A stretch of 48,789 nt of DNA, taken from NCBI RefSeq assembly GCF_004010195.1, contig NC_057754.1, forward strand, positions 907,318 to 956,106, given 5' to 3'. The position numbers and the translations under genes were made by a program. Below the pieces are notes generated by a model. It ran no database searches and had not been told where the DNA came from. It worked only from the letters and a program-made list of their open reading frames with translations. This stretch comes from Chiloscyllium plagiosum (taxonomy: Eukaryota). Position 1 is the first letter of the stretch; every line of letters starts with the position of its first letter. Below are positions 23,293 through 34,893 of this stretch, one piece after another.

Positions 23293-24342
23293 GTAAGGAG
23301 GCCCTGTCAGTCAAGGACTGGGCAAGTCTTTAAACAAAACATGCTTCTTCACTCTCCCCAATGTGTTGCTTATTGATTACAGCCATGTTGAACAAAGCTC
23401 TGCTTTCTGAAGACAAGCGAAAGAGTGAAGGGATGCCAATCCAGTAATAAGATTTCAACCGAATAGAGGTAGACAAGATGTTTCTGTTGACTGGAAAACC
23501 AGAATTAGGAGCCATCAATATCAGTTACTAATAAATCCATTTGTGCGATCAGGAACAATGTCCTTTACCCAGGCAGTTTTTGTCTATCAGGCGTGAAAAA
23601 TACTTCACATCGCATGCATGCTTACATGATCAGTTAGTGCTATTGCACAATAGTTAAGCGCAAAGTGCACCAAATGGGGATGAAGTTTTACATAACTAAA
23701 TATTTTGTAAGGTCTCAATTCACTGAACAGCTTTGTGTGTAGGTTTAATGTTTGAGGTAGTTGTGAGGTTAACTTTTCTATAGCATTTTGACAAATGGAA
23801 CAAAGTGAAAGATGTGCATGCTACTTAACCTTATCAACTCTTAATGGATATCTTATTAACGAGGAAACATGCTTAATGAAGATATCTGTTTAAAGAAATC
23901 TTTATTCCTGTATGTTCCATGATTAAACCCCCGTGTCAGAGAACTTGCTTACACTACTGATGCTGGAGCTTCAATTAAATAATTAAGAATTTGAATCTCA
24001 AGCTCTCAGGAAAGAATTGGGATACTGGAGTGACAACTTTGCTTCAGAGTTTATGGTACTGGAGGAATAACAACAGGGCGTAGCCAATCAAAACCTGGAG
24101 GTTGATCTGTCTTTCAGTTTAATCATGGCTGATCACAACTCCATTTAGCAGCTTTGGTTGCATAACTATTAGATGCCTAACAAACATATCTATTGGCTGT
24201 AGAAGCTGTGGGTTGTCTTTACCTGCTCACTGACTGACTGACCTGTCCTCCCTCTCGTTTCTCCCCACACAGCAACCCCCAGCGTAGACACACATACACA
24301 TCCCTGCTGTGAGATTTGAAGCTGGTTCTGTTTTCCCCTTAG

Positions 24343-24441
24343 GTGCTGTCAGACTTCCAAAAGCAGCAATAAAACCACTCAGGATCCGGCCTGTGGCACG
24401 GCCTACGTTAGCTAATATCATGAAGGAGTTGGGCGAATTGG
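24343..24441 (+). CDS. mta2: MTA2 exon: (C)AVRLPKAAIKPLRIRPVARPTLANIMKELGEL
   Basis: ttttccccttAG acceptor, GTAAGT donor, 99 nt, phase 1-1; resembles MTA2 CSIRLPKAAKTPLKI. Confidence 0.9.
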
Positions 24442-25222
24442 GTAAGTCACATTTAAGTAATTGAGCTGAGGGGTTAACAATTCCCTCAAGCTTTTTTGTT
24501 TTGATTTTCCCATCTAATTCTAGAACAGTGCCCTTCGGTGACCTCCTCACCTTGGGTATGTGCTGTTTGTGAGCGCGATCCTTGGTGTTTGGTCACATTG
24601 TTGGAGGCCTAAGTTTTCCAGTGCACTGCAGAAAATGCTGCATTATCAGGATGTTATCTATAATGTTTTGATACGTTTTTAACTCCAGTCATTTTATGTA
24701 AGTGTTTTGGGGAGAAAGAGAAAATTGAGATTTTTGATGACTTTCCAAACTGGAAAAATGTCGCTTGGGTTAGGAAAAGTTCCTAAGCAGTCAATCTGGA
24801 AAGTGCTGCTGAACAGACGGTAGAAACAGATTAACTACTTTTCAAAGAGTGAATTGAATAAATATTCAAAGTGGAAAAATGTACAGGGTTACACGGAAGT
24901 GCTAGAAGGAGTGGGCCAAATTTGACAGATTGTTGAAAGAGCCAGCACAGTCTCAGTGGACCAAGTAAGCTTCTGCGCTGCATCATTCAAAATCTTTGAC
25001 TAAACTGAGCTAGTTCCTGTGTGGAAGTGAATGCCCAAGATCCTTATTGTTTTGCACTGTTTCTCCATTGTCTTCCCAATGTCCTGTCCCAACATTCCTA
25101 CCTGAACAAACAATCTCACAGTGTTGTAAAGGTTATGTGACTGTGGATGTGTGCACTGTAATGAGTTGGATGTATGGATAAATGCAGGCTTTATTTTCAC
25201 GCCGAGTATGTTTAAATTGCAG

Positions 25223-25351
25223 CGGCACGTGGTCCAGTGAAGCCAAGGATTCTAAAAGGGAGTGAGACAAACCGAAGCATCCTAAACATTAACCGTGGAA
25301 TGCTGCCCCTGCTGGGGAAACGCACCTTCAGCAAACAAAACGGAGTGGAAA
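25223..25351 (+). CDS. mta2: MTA2 exon: (A)ARGPVKPRILKGSETNRSILNINRGMLPLLGKRTFSKQNGVE
   Basis: aattgcAG acceptor (weak tract), GTAAGT donor, 129 nt, phase 1-1; LGKR...NGVE resembles MTA family. Confidence 0.85.
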
Positions 25352-27842
25352 GTAAGTTGTACGCACTTGTGCTGACTACTCAATACGTTTGCATTCTCAT
25401 CAGAGTCACCATGGTCTCAAAACATGTGTGACCTCATGGAGTTGTTGATGTTGTGTTACTGTCTGAGAGGATATGTGTGTTAATACCTCTTCAGTCACAA
25501 AAGTTTTATATATGTTGAGCACTAGGTATCCCCAACTGCCCGCAAAGACCCACCCAATCTCCCCACCTCCTCGCCAGACTTGATTTCCCTCACCCCCACC
25601 TACCTTAAACACTGCATCACTTACCTGGCCCCCATTCCAACTTGCACCATAGCATCCTGCCCGTGTGACATCTTACTGTGTTTACCGTTGTCATCCTCCC
25701 CATCTAGAGGCGTACCCATTAATGCCTTATCCCACCCAAATGGCACCTTATTCCCCCCTGACCAGTTGGCACCCTAATCTCACACTTGCCTTATGTACTT
25801 ATCATTTGACTGCAGCTGTCAAAATGGCCGACAGAACCTTTTAAATTTCAGAATACAGCAGCTGACTGCTGTGAAAAGGGGGTGTGGTTTGATTCCTCTG
25901 ATAGTTGGTGCTAGAACAGAGCCGTCAAAATGGAAGTACGACTCCATTTCTGAAGAAGCAGTGGTGCAGAATCTCCTCTCGGAAATGTGGAACTCTCTCC
26001 TTTTGTAAAAGAACAGTAGGGAGAGCGAAAGTGGCAATCTGCATGAGATTGCCTGTCCTCAGGACTCGGTGATAACAACTCAAACTCTAAGCTTGGCTAC
26101 TTTAGGGTTTGACCAATCCAACTTATCTGGTCCGATAATCACCTTTTTACACCACCTTTATTGGTTCTGCAATTTCGGCTCATCGAGTCTAGTCAAAATT
26201 CATATCATAAACTGGGCATCTACTGCCTGCGGACTTAAGTTATGGTGTGATTTGATTGAAATGTTGATGATATTAAGAGGAGCCAATGGGTAGATAGAGA
26301 TATTTACAGTTGAATGCATGGGACATTGTCTAAAAAATTAGAGCCAATTCTGTGCACAAAAGATGGTCAAATTTTGAAAGTTTCTTTTGTAGTCCATGCA
26401 ATTTATGCTGGATGAATTGTTAATTTTAAATGTGAGATTGTTAGATTTGTGATAACTTTAACAGAAGTGGGGAGGTGGGGCAAAGGTGGATGTCTGGAGT
26501 ATGTTTCACAGAGCAGTCAGGACCTTCATGCACAGTGGAACAAGCTGGAGGGGCTGAATGACCTCCAAGATTCTTTGCCTTGTGACAATCCACTTAATCC
26601 TACATTATACAATGCAATTCCACATGCTTCCATATAAGAAGTCTGATACTTATCAATAATGTAGTTTTAATGAGTTAATTTTTCCACTGGCGCAACTTTG
26701 TGATTTTGTTATCCTAATAATAGTTCTACTTTATGCTCATATAATTGCTATTCCATTAAGTGAAACTTTTAATTGTTCAATTTGTACCGTTCCATATTGA
26801 TTCCTACTTTTTTTTCTAAAATAAAGATGCATCTCCAAATGTTTCCTTCTGCAGAGCTTACCAACTGGTTAGAGCTTTCTGAAATATATGGATCAGTCTA
26901 CACTGGAATATCTTTTAATTAGTAACTAAACTGACCGTTACTTTAAGGTCAGTTCTATTTCAATAGTTCAGCGATCGCTTTATCTAAATTGACTTGTGCT
27001 TCCTTATTTAACAAGCAAAAATCTAAAGGTCATTATTACCATACGAAGATGATGTCCAGCAGTATAACATCAGCAAACTTCAGGCTGTCTTATTAACCCT
27101 TTCCATAGAGTGTTCTCACATTAATAAGGTAGAACAGGAGTGTAGCACAGATAAGGGGAAGAGTGCTAGGCATTGTGACCCATCTCCACAAGCTGCACTA
27201 ATTGCAGATATTACACTACAGGGAGCAGGAATTCAAATGATGGTGTGTGAGATTTTGCCCATTGACTGGCAGCTTTAAGTTAACAGTAGTGGGCACTCGG
27301 CTTTAGGCACAAGTTGCCCATAACCCACTATCTTTCACTCCAAAACAAAGCAATAGCAACCCAAATTGCCTCTGAGGAAGTAGGAGAGAAGGAGTCCCTT
27401 ATAAATAAGTGGCAAGGTAGCCTGTGGTTCATGCCCTTAGGACTGTGAGTTGGCTTGTCACACACTATCCTTAGGTCCATGTGTGAGGGAGCAACGAAGA
27501 AATGAACCAGTGCAAACATCCTGGTTATGTTCCCTGAAAGATCTTTATTTGGAGGCCCACCACACACTGTGGGTAATTCTGGTGGAGGTGACAGAAGAGT
27601 AGAACATAAACTCCAGTAACAGTACAGAGGACAGCACCTGAACTTTGTTCTTGGGTTTGATCAATGCACAAAGTTGTGTCCGCCTGTTCATCCTGCAGAC
27701 TATGGGGACCGATTAAGGCTGTAACTAGCAGAGTTGTATTGTAGTTTATTTGCTGTTGCTGTGTTTAAATTGGACATTTAGGAAAGTTGTACGCTTGGGA
27801 TTCCCCAGTACTGTTGTATTGAAATCGCAGAAACCTAAGCAT

Positions 27843-28264
27843 AGAATACAATCCCTGCAGTGTGAAGACAGACCATTCAGCCCAACAAGTCTACACCAAC
27901 ACTCCGAAGACCATCCCACCCAGCTATATCCCTGTAATCCTGCATTTTCAATGGCTAACTTACACACCTCTGAACATTATGGGTCAGTCCTGTTGAAGGA
28001 TACTCTCCTGCTCCTCGAATGCTGCCTGACCTGCTGTGCTTTTTCCAGTGCCACACTTTATCAATTCATATTCTAGCATGGCCAATCCACCCTAACCTCC
28101 ACATCTTTGGACTGTGGGAGGAAACCAGAGCACCCAGAGGAAACCCACCCAAACACGGGGAGAACGTGCAAACTCCACACAGACAGTCACCCGAGGGTGG
28201 AGTCGAACCTGGGTCATTGGCGCTGAGAGGCACCAGTGCTAACCACTGAGCCACCATGCCACCC
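27843..28264 (-). mobile_element. HE1-type V-SINE with nested Penelope-end fragment (~27986-28069)
   Basis: Minus strand: A-box TGGCTCAGTGG, B-box GGTTCGACTCC, V-domain tgtgtggagtttgcacgttctcccc; insert carries gctgcctgacctgctg. Confidence 0.88.
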
Positions 28265-28415
28265 TGCAGAGATCTAACCTCAAATGTCATGTGCACTTTG
28301 AATATCTTTTTGGGGTGGAGGAATAATGAGAAAGTTACTTAGTTTTCTATATAATTTGCCATTCCTTTTTGCAAATACACTAACCCTAGTATTTCCATCT
28401 TCTCGTGTTTTTCAG

Positions 28416-28447
28416 GACCACCAAGTCCCATCCACATAAGACAGGTG
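28416..28447 (+). CDS. mta2: Predicted 32-nt microexon: (R)PPSPIHIRQV
   Basis: cttctcgtgtttttcAG acceptor, GTAAGT donor at 28448; phase 1 to 0 joins the exon ending at 25351 to the exon starting at 39532 in frame. Confidence 0.72.
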
Positions 28448-28749
28448 GTAAGTGTTGGATAGCTGTCAACATGACGGTGCAATATGTTATGACATCTCAA
28501 TGGACTAAGCTAAAGTGCTCAATATACAGAGACATTAATTCAAGCAGTCAGGCTTTTCTCAGTCTCAAGAAGCAAGTTTACAAAGTGGATTGTCCATCAC
28601 CTCTGACTGATCAAATGCACTGTATGTTCTCCAGAGAGTAAGACAGGAATTACTGAGCTGGGGATAATGCAAAGGATCCAAACTAGATTTATCCTGTTGT
28701 ACTGGCCGCCTTTGGTTTACCTAGTCTTTTTGTAAAATAAGCCCTCTCC

Positions 28750-29180
28750 CCAGGTGTCCTGAGTTATTGACTGATGTTAATGCAGCTCCCACACACTGTC
28801 ACTCAGTAAACCCCTCCACCCCGTCAAATGTCCTGTGTTACTGACTGGTGTCAATCCAGCTCTGTCACTCAGGAACTCCTCTCCTCCTCAGTTCTCTGTG
28901 TTACTGATGTATCTCTACTGATGTTAATAAATCTCCCTCACACTGTCACTCAGTAATCCCTTTCCCCCTGCACCCTCTGTTCCTGACTTATCTCTGCTGA
29001 TGTTAATCCAGCTCCATCGTGCTGTCACTCAGCAATGCCTTTCCCCCACGCCCTATGTTACCGGCTGGTATCTCTTCTGATGTTAATCGAGCTCTCTCGC
29101 GCTGTCACTGAGTAGCCACTTACCCCCAGTGCCTTATGTTACTGACTGTATCTCTGATGTTAATCCAGTCCCTCGCACGG
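28750..29180. repeat. Degenerate ~70-bp minisatellite
   Basis: About 6 units containing gatgttaatccagctc...ctgtcactcagta. Confidence 0.8.
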
Positions 29181-29679
29181 TGGGGCTCCGTATCTTTTTG
29201 ACCAGCTCATATTTTAAGAGACAATTTCCAGATTGACAATGATTGCCATTTCAAAGCAATTTCTATTCTTTAGACCAAAAATGACATTATTTGATCCATG
29301 TTTTTAATGCTTATATGAACATGTTCAAAACTGACTTCTTTACATATCATGCATTGGGTTATGAAGGAAGATTCTCCTGCAGTGAGATAATGTTTTCTCA
29401 TCCGATCATAGAACACAGCACAAAAACTGATACTCCACTTCACACATGATATGAATGTGAAACCAACCTGATTCTCAACTGATAAATGAAGGAGAAATTT
29501 TATTTGCAGACTGTACTCTTGTTTCAGAATTAAAGGGCGTGTGATAGTTTGCTTGTGGAACAGACTGGAGGGGTGGGTAAGTGACAGGGTAAAAGCCAAC
29601 ACAGACAATCCTTCCTGAAAGCAGCTTGCATGGCAATTGTGTAGTGGTGTTTTCTTTGAGGTAGTAATCTACAGTCAAT

Positions 29680-32623
29680 GTGGTGGTGTCACTGGGCTAG
29701 TAAACTACAGGCAATGTGGTGTCTTCTCTGGGGTAGTAATCCACAGTTGGTGTGACGGTGTTGTCACTGGGCTACTAATCTACAGATGGTGAGAGGTTGT
29801 CACTGGGCTAGTAATCTACAGATGGTGTGGCGGTGTTGTCACTGGGCTAGTAATCTACAGATGGTGTGGCGGTGTTGTCACTGGGCTAGTAATCTACAGA
29901 CGGTGTGGCGGTGTTGTCACTGGGCTAGTAATCTACAGACGGTGTGGCGGTGTTGTCACTGGGCTAGTAATCTACAGACGGTGTGGCGGTGTTGTCACTG
30001 GGCTAGTAATCTACAGACGGTGTGGCGGTGTTGTCACTGGGCTAGTAATCTACAGACGGTGTGGCGGTGTTGTCACTGGGCTAGTAATCTACAGACGGTG
30101 TGGCGGTGTTGTCACTGGGCTAGTAATCTACAGACGGTGTGGCGGTGTTGTCACTGGGCTAGTAATCTACAGACGGTGTGGCGGTGTTGTCACTGGGCTA
30201 GTAATCTACAGACGGTGTGGCGGTGTTGTCACTGGGCTAGTAATCTACAGACGGTGTGGCGGTGTTGTCACTGGGCTAGTAATCTACAGACGGTGTGGCG
30301 GTGTTGTCACTGGGCTAGTAATCTACAGACGGTGTGGCGGTGTTGTCACTGGGCTAGTAATCTACAGACGGTGTGGCGGTGTTGTCACTGGGCTAGTAAT
30401 CTACAGACGGTGTGGCGGTGTTGTCACTGGGCTAGTAATCTACAGACGGTGTGGCGGTGTTGTCACTGGGCTAGTAATCTACAGACGGTGTGGCGGTGTT
30501 GTCACTGGGCTAGTAATCTACAGACGGTGTGGCGGTGTTGTCACTGGGCTAGTAATCTACAGACGGTGTGGCGGTGTTGTCACTGGGCTAGTAATCTACA
30601 GACGGTGTGGCGGTGTTGTCACTGGGCTAGTAATCTACAGACGGTGTGGCGGTGTTGTCACTGGGCTAGTAATCTACAGACGGTGTGGCGGTGTTGTCAC
30701 TGGGCTAGTAATCTACAGACGGTGTGGCGGTGTTGTCACTGGGCTAGTAATCTACAGACGGTGTGGCGGTGTTGTCACTGGGCTAGTAATCTACAGACGG
30801 TGTGGCGGTGTTGTCACTGGGCTAGTAATCTACAGACGGTGTGGCGGTGTTGTCACTGGGCTAGTAATCTACAGACGGTGTGGCGGTGTTGTCACTGGGC
30901 TAGTAATCTACAGACGGTGTGGCGGTGTTGTCACTGGGCTAGTAATCTACAGACGGTGTGGCGGTGTTGTCACTGGGCTAGTAATCTACAGACGGTGTGG
31001 CGGTGTTGTCACTGGGCTAGTAATCTACAGACGGTGTGGCGGTGTTGTCACTGGGCTAGTAATCTACAGACGGTGTGGCGGTGTTGTCACTGGGCTAGTA
31101 ATCTACAGACGGTGTGGCGGTGTTGTCACTGGGCTAGTAATCTACAGACGGTGTGGCGGTGTTGTCACTGGGCTAGTAATCTACAGACGGTGTGGCGGTG
31201 TTGTCACTGGGCTAGTAATCTACAGACGGTGTGGCGGTGTTGTCACTGGGCTAGTAATCTACAGACGGTGTGGCGGTGTTGTCACTGGGCTAGTAATCTT
31301 GTGGTGTTGTGTCACTGGGCTAGTAATCTACAGATGGTGTAGTGTGTGTCACTGGGCTAGTAATCTACAGATAGTGTGGTGTTGTGTCACTGGGCTAGTA
31401 ATCTACAGATGGTGTTGTGTCACTGGGCTAGTAATCTACAGATGGTGTGTTGTTACTGGGCTAGTAATCTACAGATGGTGTGGTGTTGTGTCACTGGGCT
31501 AGTAATTTACAGATGGTGTGGTGTTGTCACTGGGCTAGTAACCTACAGACGATGTGGTGTGTTTCACTGGGCTAGTAATCTACAGACGATGTGGTGTTGT
31601 GTCACTGGGCTAGTAATCTACAGATGGTGTGTTGTTACTGGGCTAGTAATCTACAGATGGTGTGTTGTCACTGGGCTAGTAATCTACAAAAGATGTGGTG
31701 ATGTGTCACTGGGCTAGTAATCTACAGACGATGTGGTGTTGTCACTGGGCAAGTAATCTACAGACGATGTGGTGTGTCACTGAGCTAGTAATCTACAGAC
31801 GATGTGGTGTTGTCACTGGGCAAGTAATCTACAGACGATGTGGTGTTGTCACTGGGCTAGTAATCTACAGATGATGTGGTGTTGTGTCACTGGGCTAGTA
31901 ATCTACAGACGATGTGGTGTTGTGTCACTGGGCTAGTAATCTACAGACGATGAGGTGTTGTATCACTGGGCTAGTAATCTATAGACGATGTGTGTTGTTA
32001 CTGGGCTAGTAATCTACAGACGATGAGGTGTTGTATCACTGGGCTAGTAATCTATAGATGATGTGTGTTGTTACTGGGCTAGTGATCTACAGACGATGTG
32101 GTGTGTTGTTACTGGGCTAGTAATCTATAGACGATGTGTGTTGTTACTGGGCTAGTGATCTACAGACGATGTGGTGTTGTGTCACTGGGCTAGTAATCTA
32201 CAGATGATGTGTTGTTACTGGGCTAGTAATCTACAAAAGATGGTGTGTTGTCACTGGGCTAGTAATCTACAAAAGATGGTGTGTTGTCACTGGGCTAGTA
32301 ATCTACAAAAGATGTGTTGTCACTGGGCTAGTAATCTACAGACGATGTGGTGTTGTGTCACTGGGCTAGTAATCTACAGACGATGTGGTGTTGTTACTGG
32401 GCTAGTAATCTACAGACGATGTGGTGTGTCACTGGGCTAGTAATCTACAGACGATGAGGTGTTGTGTCACTGGGCTAGTAATCTACAGATGTTGTGGTGT
32501 GTGTCACTGGGCTAGTAATCTACAGATGGTGTGGCGGTGTTGTCACTGGGCTAGTAATCTGCAGACTGTGTGATGTTGTCACTGGGCTAGTAATCTGCAG
32601 ACGGTGTGGCGGTGTTGTCACTG
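29680..32623. repeat. 39-bp tandem satellite (gtcactgggctagtaatctacagacggtgtggcggtgtt), left part
   Basis: Homogeneous core of ~36 identical units (~29880-31299), then diverged units. Confidence 0.98.
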
Positions 32624-34580
32624 ACAATAGACAATAGGTGCAGGAGTAGGCCTTTCTGCCCTTCGAGCCTGCACCACCATTCAATATGATCATGGCTATC
32701 ATTCCTAATCAGTATCCTGTTCCTGCCTTATCTCCGTTACCCTTGATTCCACTATCCTTGAGAGCTCTATCCAACTCTTTCTTAAATGAATCCAGAGACT
32801 GGGCCTCCACTGCCCTCTGGGGCAGGACATTCCACACAGCCACCACTCTCTGGGTGAAGAAGTTTCTCCTCATCTCTGTCCTAAATGGTCTACCCCGTAT
32901 TTTTAAGCTGTGTCCTCTGGTTCGGTACTCACCCATCAGTGGAAATATGTTTCCTGCTGCCAGAGTGTCCAATCCTTTCATAATCTTATACGTCTCAATC
33001 AGATCCCCTCTCAATCTTCGAAACTCAAGGGTGTACAAGCCCAGTCGCTTCAGTCTTTCAGTGTAAGGGAATCCCACCATTTCAGGAATTGACCTTGTGA
33101 ACCTACGCTGCACTCCCTCAATAGGCAGAATGTCTTTCCTCAAATTTGGAGACCAGAACTGCACACAGTACTCCAGGTGTGGTCTCACCAGGGTCCTGTA
33201 CAGCTGCAGAAGCACCTCTTTGCTTCTATACGCAATCCCTCTTGTTATGAATGCCAGCATGCTACTAGCCTTCTTCACTACCTGCATGCTTATCTTCATT
33301 GACTAATGTACACTTTCCTTATTCCTGAAGAAGGGCTTATGCCCGAAACGTCGATTCTCCTGTTCCTTGGATGCTGCCTGACCTGCTGCGTTTTTCCAGC
33401 AACACATTTTCAGCTCTGGTGTACAAGAACCCCCAGATCTCTTTGTACTGCCCCTTTACCTAAATTGATTCAATTTAGGTAGTAATCTGTCTTCCTGTTC
33501 TTGCCACCAAAGTGGATAACCATACATTTATCCTCATTAAACTGCATCTGACCACTTACCTAACCTGTCCAGGTCTCCCTGTAATCTCCTAACATCCTCC
33601 TCACATTTCACCCTGCTACCCAGCTTAGTATCATCAGCAAATTTGCTAATTTTATTACTAATACCATCTTCTATATCATTAATATATATTGTAAAAAGCT
33701 GCGGTCCCAGCACTGATCCCTGCGGTACCCCACTGGTCACTGCCTGCCATTCCGAAATGGAGCCGTTTATCACTACGCTTTGTTCCCTGTCAGCCAACCA
33801 ACTTTCAATCCAAGTTAGTTCTTTGCCCCCAATACCAAGCGCCCTAATTTTGCTCATTAACCTCCAATGTGGGACTTTATCAAAAGCTTTCTGAAAGTCC
33901 AGATGCACTACATCTACTGGGTCTCCCTCATCCATCTTCAGAGTTACATCCTCAAAAATTCCAGAAGATAAGTCAAGCATGATTTCCCCTTCATAAATCC
34001 ATGCTGACTCTGACCTATCCTGTTATCCAGATGTGTCGTAATTTCATTCTTTATAATAGACTCCAGCATCTTTCCCACCACTGAGGTCAGACTAACTGGT
34101 CTATAATTTCCTGCTTTCTCTCTCCCACCTTTCTTAAAAAGTGGTACAACATTAGCCACCCTCCAATCCGCAGGAACTGATCCCGAATCTATCGAACTCT
34201 GGAAAATAATCACCAACACATCCATGATTTCTCAAGCCACCTTCTTCAGCACCCTGAGATGTAGACCATCAGGCCCTGGGGACTTATCAACCTTCAAACC
34301 TAACAGTCTCTCCAACACCAATTCCTGGCAAATATAAATTCCCTTAAGTTCAGGTCCTTCAGCCACTGTTACCTCAGGGAGATTGCTTGTGTCTTCCCCA
34401 GTAAACACAGATCTGAAGTACCAATTCAATTCTTCTGCCATTTCTTTGTTCCCTGTAATATATTCCCCTGTTTCTGTCTTCAAGGGCCCAATTTTAGTCT
34501 AAACCATTTTTTTGCCTTTCACATATCTAAAAAAGCTTTTACTATCCTCCTTTATATTTTTGGCCAGTTTACCTTTGTAC
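32624..34580 (-). mobile_element. 5'-truncated CR1 LINE inserted in the satellite
   Basis: KSPGPDGLH, NYRPVSLTS, QHGFMKGKSC, VPQGSVLGP, FADDTK; (ACAATAG)2 tail; CTG on both sides. Confidence 0.95.
33313..33419 (+). mobile_element. Short Penelope-derived insert with hammerhead core, nested in the CR1
   Basis: TGTACA at 33307-33312 and 33420-33425; CTGAAGA-a-GGGC-ttat-GCCC-GAAAC-GTC. Confidence 0.8.
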
Positions 34581-34893
34581 CTGGGCTAGTAATCTACAGA
34601 CGGTGTGATGTCACTGGGCTAGTAATCTACAGACGGTATGGCAGTATTGTCACTGGGCTAGTAATCTACAGACGGTGTGGCAGTATTGTCACTGGGCTAG
34701 TAATCTACAGATGGTGTGGCAGTATTGTCACTGGGCTAGTAATCTACAGACGGTGTGATGTCACTGGGCTAGTAATCTACAGACGGTGTGGCAGTATTGT
34801 CACTGGGCTAGTAATCTACAGACGGTGTGGCGGTGTTGTCACTGGGCTAGTAATCTACAAACGGTGTGGCGGTGTTGTCACTGCGCTAGTAAT
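34581..34893. repeat. 39-bp satellite, right part
   Basis: About 8 further units resuming in register after the CR1. Confidence 0.95.

Noticed and set aside
28190..28264. tRNA gene
   Set aside because: The A and B boxes run into a V-SINE body; this is a SINE head.
29786..31342. 518-aa Cys/Trp-rich ORF of (TVWRCCHWASNLQ)n
   Set aside because: By-product of a 39-bp (13-codon) repeat with one stop-free frame; neighbouring units have frameshifting indels and there is no synonymous variation.
29680..34893. CRISPR-like array (constant ctgggctagtaatctacaga plus variable part)
   Set aside because: Vertebrate intron; the variable parts are related TG-rich variants rather than unique spacers; no cas genes.
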